From sequence record SRR31156797_17267: a stretch of 57,721 bases of DNA; one strand, given 5' to 3'. Positions 19,102 through 29,863 of the stretch are shown one piece after another. Both the position numbers and the translations under genes were made by a program. The notes under the pieces were generated by a model, which searched no databases, was not told where the DNA came from, and saw only the letters and a program-made list of their open reading frames with translations. How positions within the stretch are numbered: position 1 is the stretch's first letter; each line of letters begins with the position of its first letter.

Positions 19102-20229
19102 CTATCTCCAACAACCACGGATCACACCTACAACACGTGCCAATTCGTCTTCAGTCATGTTGGTTCCTGATGGCAGGCAAAGACCGTATGTAAAAAGTTG
19201 CTCAGAAACTGAACCGCCTACTACCTGAGCCCCTTTAAATAAAGGCTGCATGTGCATAGGCTTCCAGGTAGGGCGTGATTCAATATTGTTTTTCTCAAGC
19301 TCCCTGATCACCTCGTCTCGATTAACGCCCGCCTGGTCAGGATCAATAGTCAGGCAGGTAAGCCAACGAGTAGAACAAGCAAAATCAGGTTCAGGCATAA
19401 ATGCAACCCCAGGCAAGTCGCCCAGACTTTCCCGATACTCTGTAAATATTTTTCTTTTTCCTGCAACCCGCTCAGGTAGTACCCGCAACTGCCCGCGACC
19501 GATGGCTGCCAGTATATTACTCATCCGGTAGTTATACCCAATTTCGGTATGCTCATAGTGCACCGCATTATCTCTGGCCTGAGTTGACCAAAACTTAACC
19601 TTCTTAGCCAATTCTTCATTATCAGTGACTATCATTCCACCACCGGAAGTGGTGATAATCTTGTTGCCGTTAAACGAATAAAATCCTGCCAGACCAATGG
19701 TCCCTGGTGCCTTCCCCTTGTATTTTGCCCCCAAGGCCTCTGCTGCATCTTCGATCAACACCACCTGATACTGGTCACAGACCTCTTTTATGGGATCGAT
19801 ATCAGCAGGCTGGCCGTAGAGGTGAACAAGCACCACTGCCTTGGGCAGACGACTTACTTTTGCCCGCTGTTCAAAAGCCTTGGCCAAGAGTAAGGGGTCC
19901 ATATTCCAACTGGGATATTCTGAATCTATAAAAACAGGAGTTGCCCCGCAATATAAAATGGGATTAGCACTGGCCACAAACGTAAAATCGGAGCAGAAGA
20001 CATCGTCCCCTACCCCCACCCCAACATACTTTAATAAAAGATGAAGAGCAGCGGTCCCAGCCGAGACTCCTACAGCAAACTTCGCGCCAACTGTTTCCGC
20101 AAACTCGCACTCAAAAGCGTCAATTTGGGGACCAACGGGTGCGATATAATTAGAAGCAAAGGCCTCACTTATAAAGTCAATCTCCTCGCCCCCCATATGA
20201 GGGGCTGATAGAAAAATACGCTTATTCAC
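19102..20229 (-). CDS. DegT/DnrJ/EryC1/StrS PLP aminotransferase (PglE-like)
   Basis: RIFLSAPHMG, EDAAEALG, SFNGNKIITTSGGGM, GYNYRMSN; GTG start at 20229 after an AGGAG RBS. Confidence 0.92.
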   Translation of the reverse strand: MNKRIFLSAPHMGGEEIDFISEAFASNYIAPVGPQIDAFECEFAETVGAKFAVGVSAGTAALHLLLKYVGVGVGDDVFCSDFTFVASANPILYCGATPVFIDSEYPSWNMDPLLLAKAFEQRAKVSRLPKAVVLVHLYGQPADIDPIKEVCDQYQVVLIEDAAEALGAKYKGKAPGTIGLAGFYSFNGNKIITTSGGGMIVTDNEELAKKVKFWSTQARDNAVHYEHTEIGYNYRMSNILAAIGRGQLRVLPERVAGKRKIFTEYRESLGDLPGVAFMPEPDFACSTRWLTCLTIDPDQAGVNRDEVIRELEKNNIESRPTWKPMHMQPLFKGAQVVGGSVSEQLFTYGLCLPSGTNMTEDELARVVGVIRGCWR

Positions 20230-20260
20230 TTTGAAAATTCTCCTGAATCCAAATCTGTGG

Positions 20261-20668
20261 TCAAGGCAAGATATTCTTAACAACCTTCGCTGGCACGCCT
20301 AAAGCCACGCAATTTTTGGGGATATCACCAATCACTAAACTATGAGCTCCAATAATGGAATTTTCACCAATGGTCACTCCTGGCATCACAGTGGAATGGG
20401 AACCGACTTTACAATTATTTTTCAGAACAACCTTGCCCTGTTTGTTGTCAATGGTTGACACGGAATAAATCGAACAATGTGACCCTACTTGTACATTATC
20501 TTCTAGGGCCACCCCAAAAGCAGCATTGATATAGGTAAAAGCACCGATATCTGTTCTATAGCCCAATTCCAAGCCACTGGAATGCTGAACCAACCAATGG
20601 TACTTGGTTAAAACACCGTCTTCAATTTCCGGATATTGCCAATTTTCAAACCTTGTCTGTTCAGGCAT
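20261..20668 (-). CDS. Hexapeptide-repeat acyltransferase
   Basis: LbH repeats [23 protein letters not shown] and GVPAKVVK. Confidence 0.88.
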   Translation of the reverse strand: MPEQTRFENWQYPEIEDGVLTKYHWLVQHSSGLELGYRTDIGAFTYINAAFGVALEDNVQVGSHCSIYSVSTIDNKQGKVVLKNNCKVGSHSTVMPGVTIGENSIIGAHSLVIGDIPKNCVALGVPAKVVKNILP

Positions 20669-21263
20669 CCCGTTTCGTTCCCATAAATTTTTCCATTGTT
20701 GCCTGCCCTTGTTGATTGATGTCTTCCCTTTTCAAGGTTTTACAAACCGTCAAAAAAAGTATTTTAACATCCAGCCATAGAGTCTGGTTATCCACATACC
20801 ATACATCCAGTTTAAACTTCTCCTCCCAAGCAAGAATATTACGCCCATTAACTTGCGCCCATCCTGTAATGCCAGGTCGAACTTGATGCCGTCGAGCCTG
20901 TTCAGGGGTGTACCTACCGAGGTATTCTACCAATAGAGGACGTGGTCCAACCAGACTCATATCACCTTTCAAAACGTTAATTAATGCAGGCAATTCATCA
21001 AGACTGGTGCTCCTTAAAAGTCGCCCAAAGGGTGTAAGCCTATAACTATCTGGTAGCAGATTACCCGCTGTGTCTCTCTCATCGGTCATAGTTCGGAACT
21101 TGTACATCCGAAAAATTCGACCATGTAAGCCGGGGCGTTCCTGGACAAAGAGGACAGGGCGTCCAAGTTTCACCCGTACCAAAATTGAGGTCATAATGAT
21201 AATAGGCAAAGCAACCACTATGCCCGGAAGGGTAAGAAAATAATCAAAAAGGCGTTTAAGCAT
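20661..21263 (-). CDS. Phosphoglycosyltransferase (PglC-type sugar transferase)
   Basis: [40 protein letters not shown]. Confidence 0.93.
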   Translation of the reverse strand: MLKRLFDYFLTLPGIVVALPIIIMTSILVRVKLGRPVLFVQERPGLHGRIFRMYKFRTMTDERDTAGNLLPDSYRLTPFGRLLRSTSLDELPALINVLKGDMSLVGPRPLLVEYLGRYTPEQARRHQVRPGITGWAQVNGRNILAWEEKFKLDVWYVDNQTLWLDVKILFLTVCKTLKREDINQQGQATMEKFMGTKRDA

Positions 21264-21265
21264 AG

Positions 21266-22480
21266 TTATCCCTGTTCAAGCCAAGCAACAAAATCTGCAG
21301 CTAATCTCTGACGATTAAACTGCTCTATTCCAAGAGCCTGAGCTTTGGCACCCATTCGCTGTAGTTTATCTGGGTGGTCGGCCGCATCCTCAAGGGCAGA
21401 GGCGAACAACTCATCATTATCAGGAGGGACTGCATACCCGCATTCATTACTCTCTATCATTCCAGCTAGCCAACCAGGATAATTATTTAAAATTGGAAGA
21501 GAAACAGAGAGATAATCAAAAAATTTATTAGGTGAGGTTCCATAATAAAAGGCAGGTACGTTGGCAAGGATCATTAAACCGATGTCTGCACCCTTCATAT
21601 ACCCGCCAAGAACATTTTTGGGAACTGGGTCGAGAAAAATACAATTACCGAGCCGTTTCTCTTTTGCTGCCTTCATTAACCCAGGCTTCAACTTACCATC
21701 GCCGATAAAGACAATCTTGATATCATCACGCCCACGTTGCTGCAAAACGTCTGCTGCATTGATTACGGCATCTAACCCGTTAGCAAGTCCATGGGCACCG
21801 GTGAAAACTGCCATTAAATCAGTCTCCATCACACCAGTCGGCCGTTTTGTTTCTATAACCTCTGAAGCAAACAAGTCGAGGTCACATCCATTGGGAATCA
21901 TAGCAACACGTTTACCAACCTGGGAACGTCTTTTTATACCCTCAACAATACCTGGCGACAGACCTATGCAAGAATGGGCAGAATTATATGACAACCATTC
22001 CAAAGCGGACATCAGCCAGAGAACAACAGGGTTGGTGATAACACCCATTGCTTCGGGTAACTCAGGCCACAAGTCACGAACTTCAAAAACAAATCGTTTC
22101 CCTCGCAACCAGCGGGCAAAAATCCCGGGTAATCCGGCTGTAAGCGGAGTGGTGGTAGCAAAAACAAGATCACAGGGTTCACGCAATGCAATACAAATAC
22201 TGCGTATAGCAAATTTCAAGAAAACAAAGCTTCGCTTTACAAAACCTTGATAATTTGAATAAGACAACTCCAGCTCCACGACCTGAATGCCATCAACGTT
22301 TCCGCGACGCTTTCCTTTAACAAAAGGGGTAGCCAAACCACTCACTCCCCCGTGATAGCTACCGCATATTATAGTTACTTCATGACCAGCATTTACCAGT
22401 GCACGCGCCATTTCGTAGGAACGGGTTCCGGTAGACCCCAATGGAGTAGAAAAGTGTTGATGAAAATATAGAATTTTCAT
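21266..22480 (-). CDS. Glycosyltransferase family 4 (WbuB-like)
   Basis: YFHQHFSTP, FEVRDLWPE, GAHGLANGL, SPNKFFDY. Confidence 0.9.
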   Translation of the reverse strand: MKILYFHQHFSTPLGSTGTRSYEMARALVNAGHEVTIICGSYHGGVSGLATPFVKGKRRGNVDGIQVVELELSYSNYQGFVKRSFVFLKFAIRSICIALREPCDLVFATTTPLTAGLPGIFARWLRGKRFVFEVRDLWPELPEAMGVITNPVVLWLMSALEWLSYNSAHSCIGLSPGIVEGIKRRSQVGKRVAMIPNGCDLDLFASEVIETKRPTGVMETDLMAVFTGAHGLANGLDAVINAADVLQQRGRDDIKIVFIGDGKLKPGLMKAAKEKRLGNCIFLDPVPKNVLGGYMKGADIGLMILANVPAFYYGTSPNKFFDYLSVSLPILNNYPGWLAGMIESNECGYAVPPDNDELFASALEDAADHPDKLQRMGAKAQALGIEQFNRQRLAADFVAWLEQG

Positions 22481-22950
22481 AGAAAAATCATATGATTAAT
22501 ATTTTTTTTGAAATGTAGATAGTTAGCAATAAAAATCTAGAAATCCATCCCACACGAACGGTTGGCTTGAGTATATCACATTACAGTTCAATTATGACAA
22601 CCCTGAAAACAAGATACTCAGGCGTGGACAATTTAAACTGATCGTCGGTCAAGAGAGGTTGGTATAAGTGACATTAACTCAAGAGGCGGGCCTAGTAACT
22701 CTTCTTTTTTCACCGAAAACTTCTGGTACAATGGGAATAATAAATGACATACCTTTTCGCAAGGACTGATTTCTATCAATGGGAGATCCGGAATGACCTT
22801 GACGTCCTTATTAATGAAAAAACGAATAATTTGTACACATAAACCAATATGGAGCGACGGAACAGGCATGAGGCCTCGAAGTTGAATTTTCCAAGAAAGG
22901 TGACCAAGAGACACCTTAAGTGCATTCCGCTGATAGCGGACAATTAATAC

Positions 22951-24474
22951 TCAAAATCTTTCAACAATTTTCTTTTTAACAGCAACAACTACTTCTTCCA
23001 CTTCATCGATTCTCATAAAAATGAGCAAAGTAAAATAACTAAAAGCGCCAAAAACAACTGACAAAAATAGGGCAAAAGTACTATTGGCAGAAATGGACAC
23101 CAAATAATCATTTCCAAATTTAGCAATCAACCCCATACATACCGAAGCTGATGATATTTTGGCTATACTTTTCACAAACTGGTTATCTCCAAACAATCCA
23201 ACCTTACGCCTTAACCCAACAAATAATAAACCCGTGGTAACTAAAGCCGAAATGCTAGTAGCAAGTGCCAAACCACATATACCTAAATATTTCGATAAAA
23301 TAAGATTTAAGATAACATTTAAAAACATCCCAATAACAGCATTGATCATAGGGGTTTTAGTATCCTGCATGGAATAAAAAGCTCCAGACAAAACTTCTCT
23401 CAGACCATACCCTACCATCCCAATAGAATAAAAAACTAATACATTTGCGGTTAAAACAACAGCATCAGTACCGAACGCCCCCCTACCGAAAAGCAAATCT
23501 ACTATAGGTGTAGAAAATATAATTGTGCCGACAGTCACGGGGAGTACAAGTAAAACAATTCCAATTATTGATTTAGATAAGTTACTTTTTAGCCCCTCAA
23601 GATTATTATCAGATGCCATTTTTGAGATCTGAGGAAACAATACCGTTGCTATGGCAAGAGAAAATGTCCCATGAATAAAAAGATTTAATTTATTAGCATA
23701 TACTAAGGCTGATATCCCACCTTCCAGAATATTAGAAGCAAGTGTTCTATCGACAAGCTTATTGATTTGATTAACAGATGTGCCTATCATTACGGGCAAA
23801 GAAAGCATCATCATTTTCACTATGTATTTATCTTTTATATTTATTGATATTTTAAACCGATAGCCATTTTTATACATAAAAAATGACAAGAGTAACATTT
23901 GAGAAAAAACAGCAGCAACTTGCCCTACTGCAAGTATTTCAAAACTCCCTTTTGATGCCAAGACAATAGATATAATTATAATTATGTTTAACGGTATTCC
24001 AATTAACCCAGGCACAATAAAATTTCTATTAACCTGTAAAAAAGCCTCATAAATATAATTTATCGCTGTAAAATAAATAGCGACTATAGTTAACTTCGTT
24101 AACTGAACAGCTAAAAATAGTGTTTCCCCAGAAAATCCAGAAGCAAACAACTTAACTATTTGCGTTGTAAAGCCCAAGACTACCAATACAATAAGAGTAC
24201 AAATAGCCATTAGGCAAAAAAGAACATGATCAGTAAAACTATTGCCTGCACTAACACCATCATTATTAATAATATCAGTAAACAACGGTATGTAAGTGGT
24301 TTTGACGGCAACACCCACAAATGAAAAAATAACCATCGGTATAGTTAAAGATATTAGATAAGCATCACTAACGCTAGAGGCCCCGAAAAAATAAGCCAGA
24401 GTAATCTCTCGCCCGAAGCCTATCATCTTTGACACAACGCCAAATATCATCAACAAGAACACTGTTTTTTTCAT
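22951..24474 (-). CDS. murJ: MurJ/MviN-family MOP flippase in a polysaccharide locus
   Basis: SKMIGFGREITLAYFFGAS...DAY, VDRTLAS, LFGRGAFG, FYSMQDTKTP. Confidence 0.85.
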   Translation of the reverse strand: MKKTVFLLMIFGVVSKMIGFGREITLAYFFGASSVSDAYLISLTIPMVIFSFVGVAVKTTYIPLFTDIINNDGVSAGNSFTDHVLFCLMAICTLIVLVVLGFTTQIVKLFASGFSGETLFLAVQLTKLTIVAIYFTAINYIYEAFLQVNRNFIVPGLIGIPLNIIIIISIVLASKGSFEILAVGQVAAVFSQMLLLSFFMYKNGYRFKISINIKDKYIVKMMMLSLPVMIGTSVNQINKLVDRTLASNILEGGISALVYANKLNLFIHGTFSLAIATVLFPQISKMASDNNLEGLKSNLSKSIIGIVLLVLPVTVGTIIFSTPIVDLLFGRGAFGTDAVVLTANVLVFYSIGMVGYGLREVLSGAFYSMQDTKTPMINAVIGMFLNVILNLILSKYLGICGLALATSISALVTTGLLFVGLRRKVGLFGDNQFVKSIAKISSASVCMGLIAKFGNDYLVSISANSTFALFLSVVFGAFSYFTLLIFMRIDEVEEVVVAVKKKIVERF

Positions 24475-24495
24475 AATTAGAATAATATAGCGTCG

Positions 24496-25611
24496 CTACA
24501 CTTCTAGCTTTTCGACGAAAGCCAGCATCAGCTCTTCATTTCTACCTGCAGCATCTCTAACCGCACTGGGTACATTTTCATAAAACGTAATACTTTCACT
24601 ATAATCTCCAAGCAGATCAAATAATTGTCCTTTTTGATATTCGCCAAAAGATGTATTTCGTTCCAACAACCCTAACTGCTTATACAGCCTTCTAGTCTTA
24701 CCATGAGTCGATATTGAAACAGTGTAATTTCCTAAACAATTTGAAACAATCCCACAATGGAGTTTTGTCGTAATTACAATATCCAGCTCACCAATTAATG
24801 CTATCAGTCGACTAGGCCCTTCGTATCCACAAAAGAGTACATTTAAAGGATCAAATTTTTCTTTGACTGCTTCATATGCTGCATAACTGTAATCTTTTTT
24901 ATAAAAATCATTAAAAACAACTACTTTATATCCCCCTAGAGTATTACAAAAATGCTTTATATCATCAATCAGCAAATTCATTTTGTAGAAATCTTCATGA
25001 GTAATGGCTGGCAAATGCACCCCAATAAATTTACAAGTGCTATTTACTTTACCAATATCATTCTTAACCTCTTCTGTTTGCAGCTTATCAACATCTTCAG
25101 CCTTTAGACACAAAATAGAATCCGCAGTAACATCAATTTTATCTCTAACCACCCCATATTCTACCAAGTAATCTTTAGATTCATTATCCCTTACAACAAT
25201 TCCTTGACTCTTATTACACAAATAAACCGTTAACATTCTTGCCAATTTATTTGATAATGGCCCCGCCCCTACACCAATAAAAACAAACGGCTTCTTTAAA
25301 GCTAAGGCAAGCAAACCTACAAATAAATGCCTGACTATCAATCGAATTGACCAGATACCAACCCTGCGAGGAGGCTCACCTAAATACCCCCCTCCGACAA
25401 ACACCAACAAGTCTCCTTTAAAAAAACACTTTAAACCTCTGACTAAAGAAACGTTGACCAACTTGCGAACCCTTTCACCAGCAAAAGGCAAATAAACATT
25501 TTGCGCACTATACCCTTCGGCTTTTTTCAACCAGTTGATGTAATGTATTACAAATAACGTGTCTCCAAAATTATCGCCGTAATACGAGCCATGCAGTATA
25601 ACTCTCTTCAT
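24496..25611 (-). CDS. Polysaccharide pyruvyl transferase family protein
   Basis: GSYYGDNFGD, GGGYLGE, GVGAGP, VRDNES, TTKLHCGI. Confidence 0.88.
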   Translation of the reverse strand: MKRVILHGSYYGDNFGDTLFVIHYINWLKKAEGYSAQNVYLPFAGERVRKLVNVSLVRGLKCFFKGDLLVFVGGGYLGEPPRRVGIWSIRLIVRHLFVGLLALALKKPFVFIGVGAGPLSNKLARMLTVYLCNKSQGIVVRDNESKDYLVEYGVVRDKIDVTADSILCLKAEDVDKLQTEEVKNDIGKVNSTCKFIGVHLPAITHEDFYKMNLLIDDIKHFCNTLGGYKVVVFNDFYKKDYSYAAYEAVKEKFDPLNVLFCGYEGPSRLIALIGELDIVITTKLHCGIVSNCLGNYTVSISTHGKTRRLYKQLGLLERNTSFGEYQKGQLFDLLGDYSESITFYENVPSAVRDAAGRNEELMLAFVEKLEV

Positions 25612-25664
25612 ATATTACACTCATTATAAATATTAAAAACTGATCGCCCAACAACACCTTACCA

Positions 25665-26717
25665 TTAAGGTTTTTTTGAAATATTTTCGATCAAGGTTTT
25701 ACCTACTTTCTCATAGGCGTATTTTTTGGACTCCGCAAAACAATTGACTTTAAGATCATTGACAGACAAACTTTGATCCAAGAACATGTTCAATTTCGAC
25801 GCCAGATCTTCGGCGCTTCTCGCTTTAAACAAAACTCCAGTTTTACCGTCTGAAACAACCTCTGAATTATACTTCCAATTAGAAGCAATTACAGGAAGAC
25901 CAGCTGACATCGCGTCCAGTATAGCTCCGGGGAACCCTTCCCCTTCATAATACGTCGGAAAAAGTAACAAGTCATAAGAGGATAGTGTTTGCAAAACCTC
26001 CCCAGACCCCAACACGCCCTTGTACGAAACATTATTGACAGCTTCCACCAACTGATCAAATTTTGCCTTATAGCCAGATTCAACAGGGCCATAAATAGAT
26101 AAATTGACAGCTTCTCGACGATATTTATTTACCTGACCAACTGAATCTATAGCTATCTCAACCCCTTTATCCTTTGTCACCCGTGAGTAAAACACTAACT
26201 CTTTGACTTTATCTACTTTTCTATTATTTACTTTATCGTTCTGGTTATATATTCTAAAATTTGGAAAGTAGAAAACATTATTCAATCCAATTGCTTCCAA
26301 CCTTTTTTTCAAAGAATGAGTTTGCACATACAGCCCTTTAAACTTTTTACTATATTTAATTACTTCATTATTACTTTCAAAATAATCAGCAATCCACCCA
26401 CCTATAACGACATAATGAATATCTCTTGAAACAACACAGTCCAAATAAAACATTATAGGGAGAATATACTTTACCGCTCTTTGTGCTGGAAGTATCACAA
26501 TAGAAGAACAAAAAAAATATCTCACAACAATTTTTAAATAATTTATTATTTTGTTCATTTTACTACTACTCGATGTATCTATAAAAGAAACATTGAATTT
26601 ATTACCACAACATTCATTACTCAAAATATCATATACAGACCTAGTCCTCATCGTTTGGCCATTAAGCCTGTTTCCGGAGTATCCAAAATTACCGATCACC
26701 AAAACCTTAATTTTCAT
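25665..26717 (-). CDS. Glycosyltransferase family 4
   Basis: FYSRVTKDKG, FPTYYEGEGFPGAILDAMSAGLPVIAS. Confidence 0.9.
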   Translation of the reverse strand: MKIKVLVIGNFGYSGNRLNGQTMRTRSVYDILSNECCGNKFNVSFIDTSSSSKMNKIINYLKIVVRYFFCSSIVILPAQRAVKYILPIMFYLDCVVSRDIHYVVIGGWIADYFESNNEVIKYSKKFKGLYVQTHSLKKRLEAIGLNNVFYFPNFRIYNQNDKVNNRKVDKVKELVFYSRVTKDKGVEIAIDSVGQVNKYRREAVNLSIYGPVESGYKAKFDQLVEAVNNVSYKGVLGSGEVLQTLSSYDLLLFPTYYEGEGFPGAILDAMSAGLPVIASNWKYNSEVVSDGKTGVLFKARSAEDLASKLNMFLDQSLSVNDLKVNCFAESKKYAYEKVGKTLIENISKKP

Positions 26718-26733
26718 ATTACTGCCAATTTCT

Positions 26734-28071
26734 TCATTTTTTTCTGATCAAAAAGTTAAGAGGTATGCCAATAACAACTATTGACATAACACTACTAATA
26801 AAAAATTGAACAAAACCGTTTTTAAAGAGAGTTATAACATTAGAAAATATTACAAATGAGTATATATTCATAACAATATTGCTAGATGTATACAATTTAC
26901 AATATATAAAACCCAAAATAATACCAAACAACAAAGAAAATAAAAAGCTACTCAATCCAAAATTTATATACATTTCATTAACAAAGAATATTGATGGATT
27001 CCCTGTCAAATTATAATCAATCTGCCATAACCGGTTTAAGACCAACGGCTTATTTGGCATCATTTCCCTTGGAATAAAACTATTTATGAAAAAATAAACA
27101 CTATACCCCCAGGGTATATCGAAAATTTCTTTGTGTTCGATCCCAAGTAACAGTGTTTTAAATCCACCTGAGGAACTGCCAAACAGCAATTCCAAAAAAC
27201 CTCTTCTCTCCCAAGGCGCTACAATCTGCACGACTCCCCTTTGCAACTGGGAGAACACTACCCTTGCCCACCACAAAATGGGAATTAACAATATACTAGC
27301 CGCCCCCACTTGAAATATTTTTGTTCTTTTATAATTTAAAGCACTCACTTTACTTTTATTTTTTTTACTTTCTAATTTCAAATGGATCAATAGTACTGAA
27401 ACTAATATTATAAAATTAATGATTTCTCTTCTTTGGCCAGTGGTTAAATAGGTAAAAAAAGGAAAAAGAATCAAAAGCACAGACTTCCACTTTACCATTT
27501 TATACATAAAGTAGTCTTTCATACAAACAACTATAAAAAAAGAAACCGGCAACAATGTATATAAAGACAGAACATATGTTGAACTAAACACTCCCTCTTT
27601 CCTAGAAGGAGAAAAGAAAAGAAAAATACTCTTGTCGTATCGGCTAAAACTATATAAAAAAATTAAAAACCAAATAATTAAAATAATTACCTTCACTAGC
27701 CTGTACCTTTTCAGACTCAGTGACTGATAAAAATAAACTTTGTCATCTTTACCGGAAAGATATATTGCGATTAAGTACCCCAAGTAAAAAAAAAGCATTA
27801 TTATGGTTGCAATAGCTATTAAATAGAGACGTTTGTTGGCATCAAATATACCTAAAGAATAACTCACTATTATATCTGTAAATAAATGACCTCCGAAATA
27901 TAGATCCCACCCAGGAAATATATAAAAAACGACAAACAACAAAACAAAAACTGACCCTATATCAAAAGATTTTCTAATTAAAAAATAAAATGCACTTAGA
28001 AATAATAACAATTGAATCATCACTAACATTACAACTGAAAGATCTATCATTTCAACCATCTCCTGACACAT
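26734..28071 (-). CDS. wzy: O-antigen/EPS polymerase (Wzy-like)
   Basis: About 10-11 TMs, TGQRRE, FIPREMMPNKP, EMYINFG; very AT-rich. Confidence 0.7.
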   Translation of the reverse strand: MCQEMVEMIDLSVVMLVMIQLLLFLSAFYFLIRKSFDIGSVFVLLFVVFYIFPGWDLYFGGHLFTDIIVSYSLGIFDANKRLYLIAIATIIMLFFYLGYLIAIYLSGKDDKVYFYQSLSLKRYRLVKVIILIIWFLIFLYSFSRYDKSIFLFFSPSRKEGVFSSTYVLSLYTLLPVSFFIVVCMKDYFMYKMVKWKSVLLILFPFFTYLTTGQRREIINFIILVSVLLIHLKLESKKNKSKVSALNYKRTKIFQVGAASILLIPILWWARVVFSQLQRGVVQIVAPWERRGFLELLFGSSSGGFKTLLLGIEHKEIFDIPWGYSVYFFINSFIPREMMPNKPLVLNRLWQIDYNLTGNPSIFFVNEMYINFGLSSFLFSLLFGIILGFIYCKLYTSSNIVMNIYSFVIFSNVITLFKNGFVQFFISSVMSIVVIGIPLNFLIRKK

Positions 28072-28292
28072 ATATTTCTACAGGATAACTGCAAACAATC
28101 CATATTATCTTTACCATCCAATTAATACCAAGCCCGATGGGCAGCGGCATGGCCAAATAAACGCACCTTTGCCATAGATGTCAATTGTGTGGTTACAGGT
28201 GTACCCCACATCTATACACTTCACCTTATCACCCTTAGCTTGACTGATACCACACGGCTCCGAACGGGAGCATCTGACGGGTATGGAATTAC

Positions 28293-28480
28293 GGCTACAC
28301 GACACTTAATGTGGATTTCAGCAAATTATGCACCGGCGCGGCGAGTAGAGAGATTATGCTGACAAATGACTCGTCCTGGTGAGCACCATTGGCCCTTGCC
28401 CTGCCGGTCTGAGAGATACTATTAAGTGCTTCGATCCGAGCATGAATATGGCCTGACTACCATCTATCTTCAATGGAACG
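28293..28480 (-). pseudogene. ISL3-family transposase C-terminal remnant with degenerate right end
   Basis: Reads RSIEDRW*SGHIHARIEALNSISQTGRARANGAHQDESFVSIISLLAAPVHNLLKST, matching the ISL3 NxxxEGxNxxxQxxxxxARGYR pattern; ends in GGCTAC.. resembling ISL3 GGCTCT termini. Confidence 0.75.
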
Positions 28481-28539
28481 CCTATGTGTAACGTGGATCA
28501 TAAATTAGTGTTATTCAAAAAAATTCATATTTTGAAGTG

Positions 28540-28880
28540 TATTTGGGCCACCCTCATTTAAGGATACGGTTTGCGTTATGGCCCTATCAGAAAGGCCTGA
28601 TCGTTTTAACCTGCCACGACAAATTGTTGCGCGATCACCCTCTCAACAATGCTACAACCAGAAGCGCTTCCACCGCTGCACAATGCTCTATCATCGACAC
28701 GCTCTTTGTTGTTTCCACGATAATTGTCCAACGTAGACAGATCTAGCCTGTTTCCGCAAACTCGCTCTTCATTACTCTAATGCTGCTTATGAGCAAAGAA
28801 ATTTATTTGCAAAATTGTCCCATGTTGGTTTATTCAACCCATTGCTTTGCTTGGCGGGTCTTGCCATTGTGAATATGTGA
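28540..28880 (-). pseudogene. ISKra4-family transposase remnant
   Basis: Frameshifted pieces GKTRQAKQWVE*, NYRGNNKERVDDRALCSGGSASGCSIVE, RLKRSG and NANRILK*GWPKY resemble the ISKra4 C-terminal pattern Y..N..R..Y..GSG..ES..RLKRSG..W..NAN..L.LR..KY. Confidence 0.7.
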
Positions 28881-29269
28881 AAAGTCAGGGGATCCGTTCG
28901 GTATAACTTTACGATTATCGCCACTTACCGATAACGGCTTAAATGTAAAACATCAAAAAAAGTGGTTGCCATCTGGCCGTGCAGACTGGACGAGGCACAA
29001 AGTCAACGTCTCTGGTAATCTCTTTATATAAATGACTTATAAGCGGGTATATTAAAACCAGGCCATTAAACACTTTGCATACCTTTAGCCTTGGTGAGAC
29101 TAAAAAAAGTCTAAGATACAGATATATTATATTTCTATCAATTTCGAGAAAAGAAGCGCCTCAATCTCTTTTAACCGCTTCAAGTTGAGGCAAGGCACAC
29201 CTTACACAAAGTTTAAACGCTCTCTGTAAAGCAACGGGAACGGCTCTGGCAACGTAGCCGGGTTCTGTT

Positions 29270-29380
29270 TATCATGTTGTCCATTTGCCGTTCAAGCTCT
29301 CGATGAGGTAGGATGAAATGGAGCCAAAAGGTGGGCAACGCTAAAGAAACCAGATAGTGAACTCACAGATTCTCAACAGA
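29270..29380 (+). pseudogene. Second ISL3-like transposase fragment, opposite orientation
   Basis: YHVVHL-(fs)-ALDEVG*NGAKRWATLKKPDSELTDSQQ resembles ISL3 FHVV...A.DEVR...RWA.LK....LT..Q. Confidence 0.55.
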
Positions 29381-29863
29381 ATTACATGGATCCTCATCCC
29401 TCCACAGTGCGAGGGATGAAATACTAACTCCGTTGGGTCTACACGGTAAAGAGCGTGTGATCAGTTAAATGGTGAAGGACTCGGCTCTTGAACTATCCAC
29501 GAGAATCAATCAAAAACATCACCTATTGGACTCCACTCCTCTCGCTTGAAATGCCATTGAAAAGCCTAGTGGCCATTGAGTCAATGACAATAAACGGAGT
29601 CGAGCAGCGCCCTTATCAAGGCCTGGAAGGCTTCCTCATCAGTAAGCAAAATTCAGGACACCCCGAAAACGCCATAGCTTACGTCAAAAAAGACGTCCTT
29701 TAACATTTTTAATATATTGTTTTTATCTGTGCAAAATTTGCATCAACCGCTTGAAACCAGAAAAATTCCTAGTAGCTGGCCAAAGTCCTTCAGGTCTATC
29801 GGCTCAAAATTTTTTTTGGTCATCCAAAAATTGCGCTAACTATTTTTTGTTATAAAACCTCTA

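Noticed and set aside
22500-22950. Possible IS or heparinase remnant at the left border of the AT-rich cassette
   Set aside because: No convincing motif in any frame by eye; needs BLASTX.
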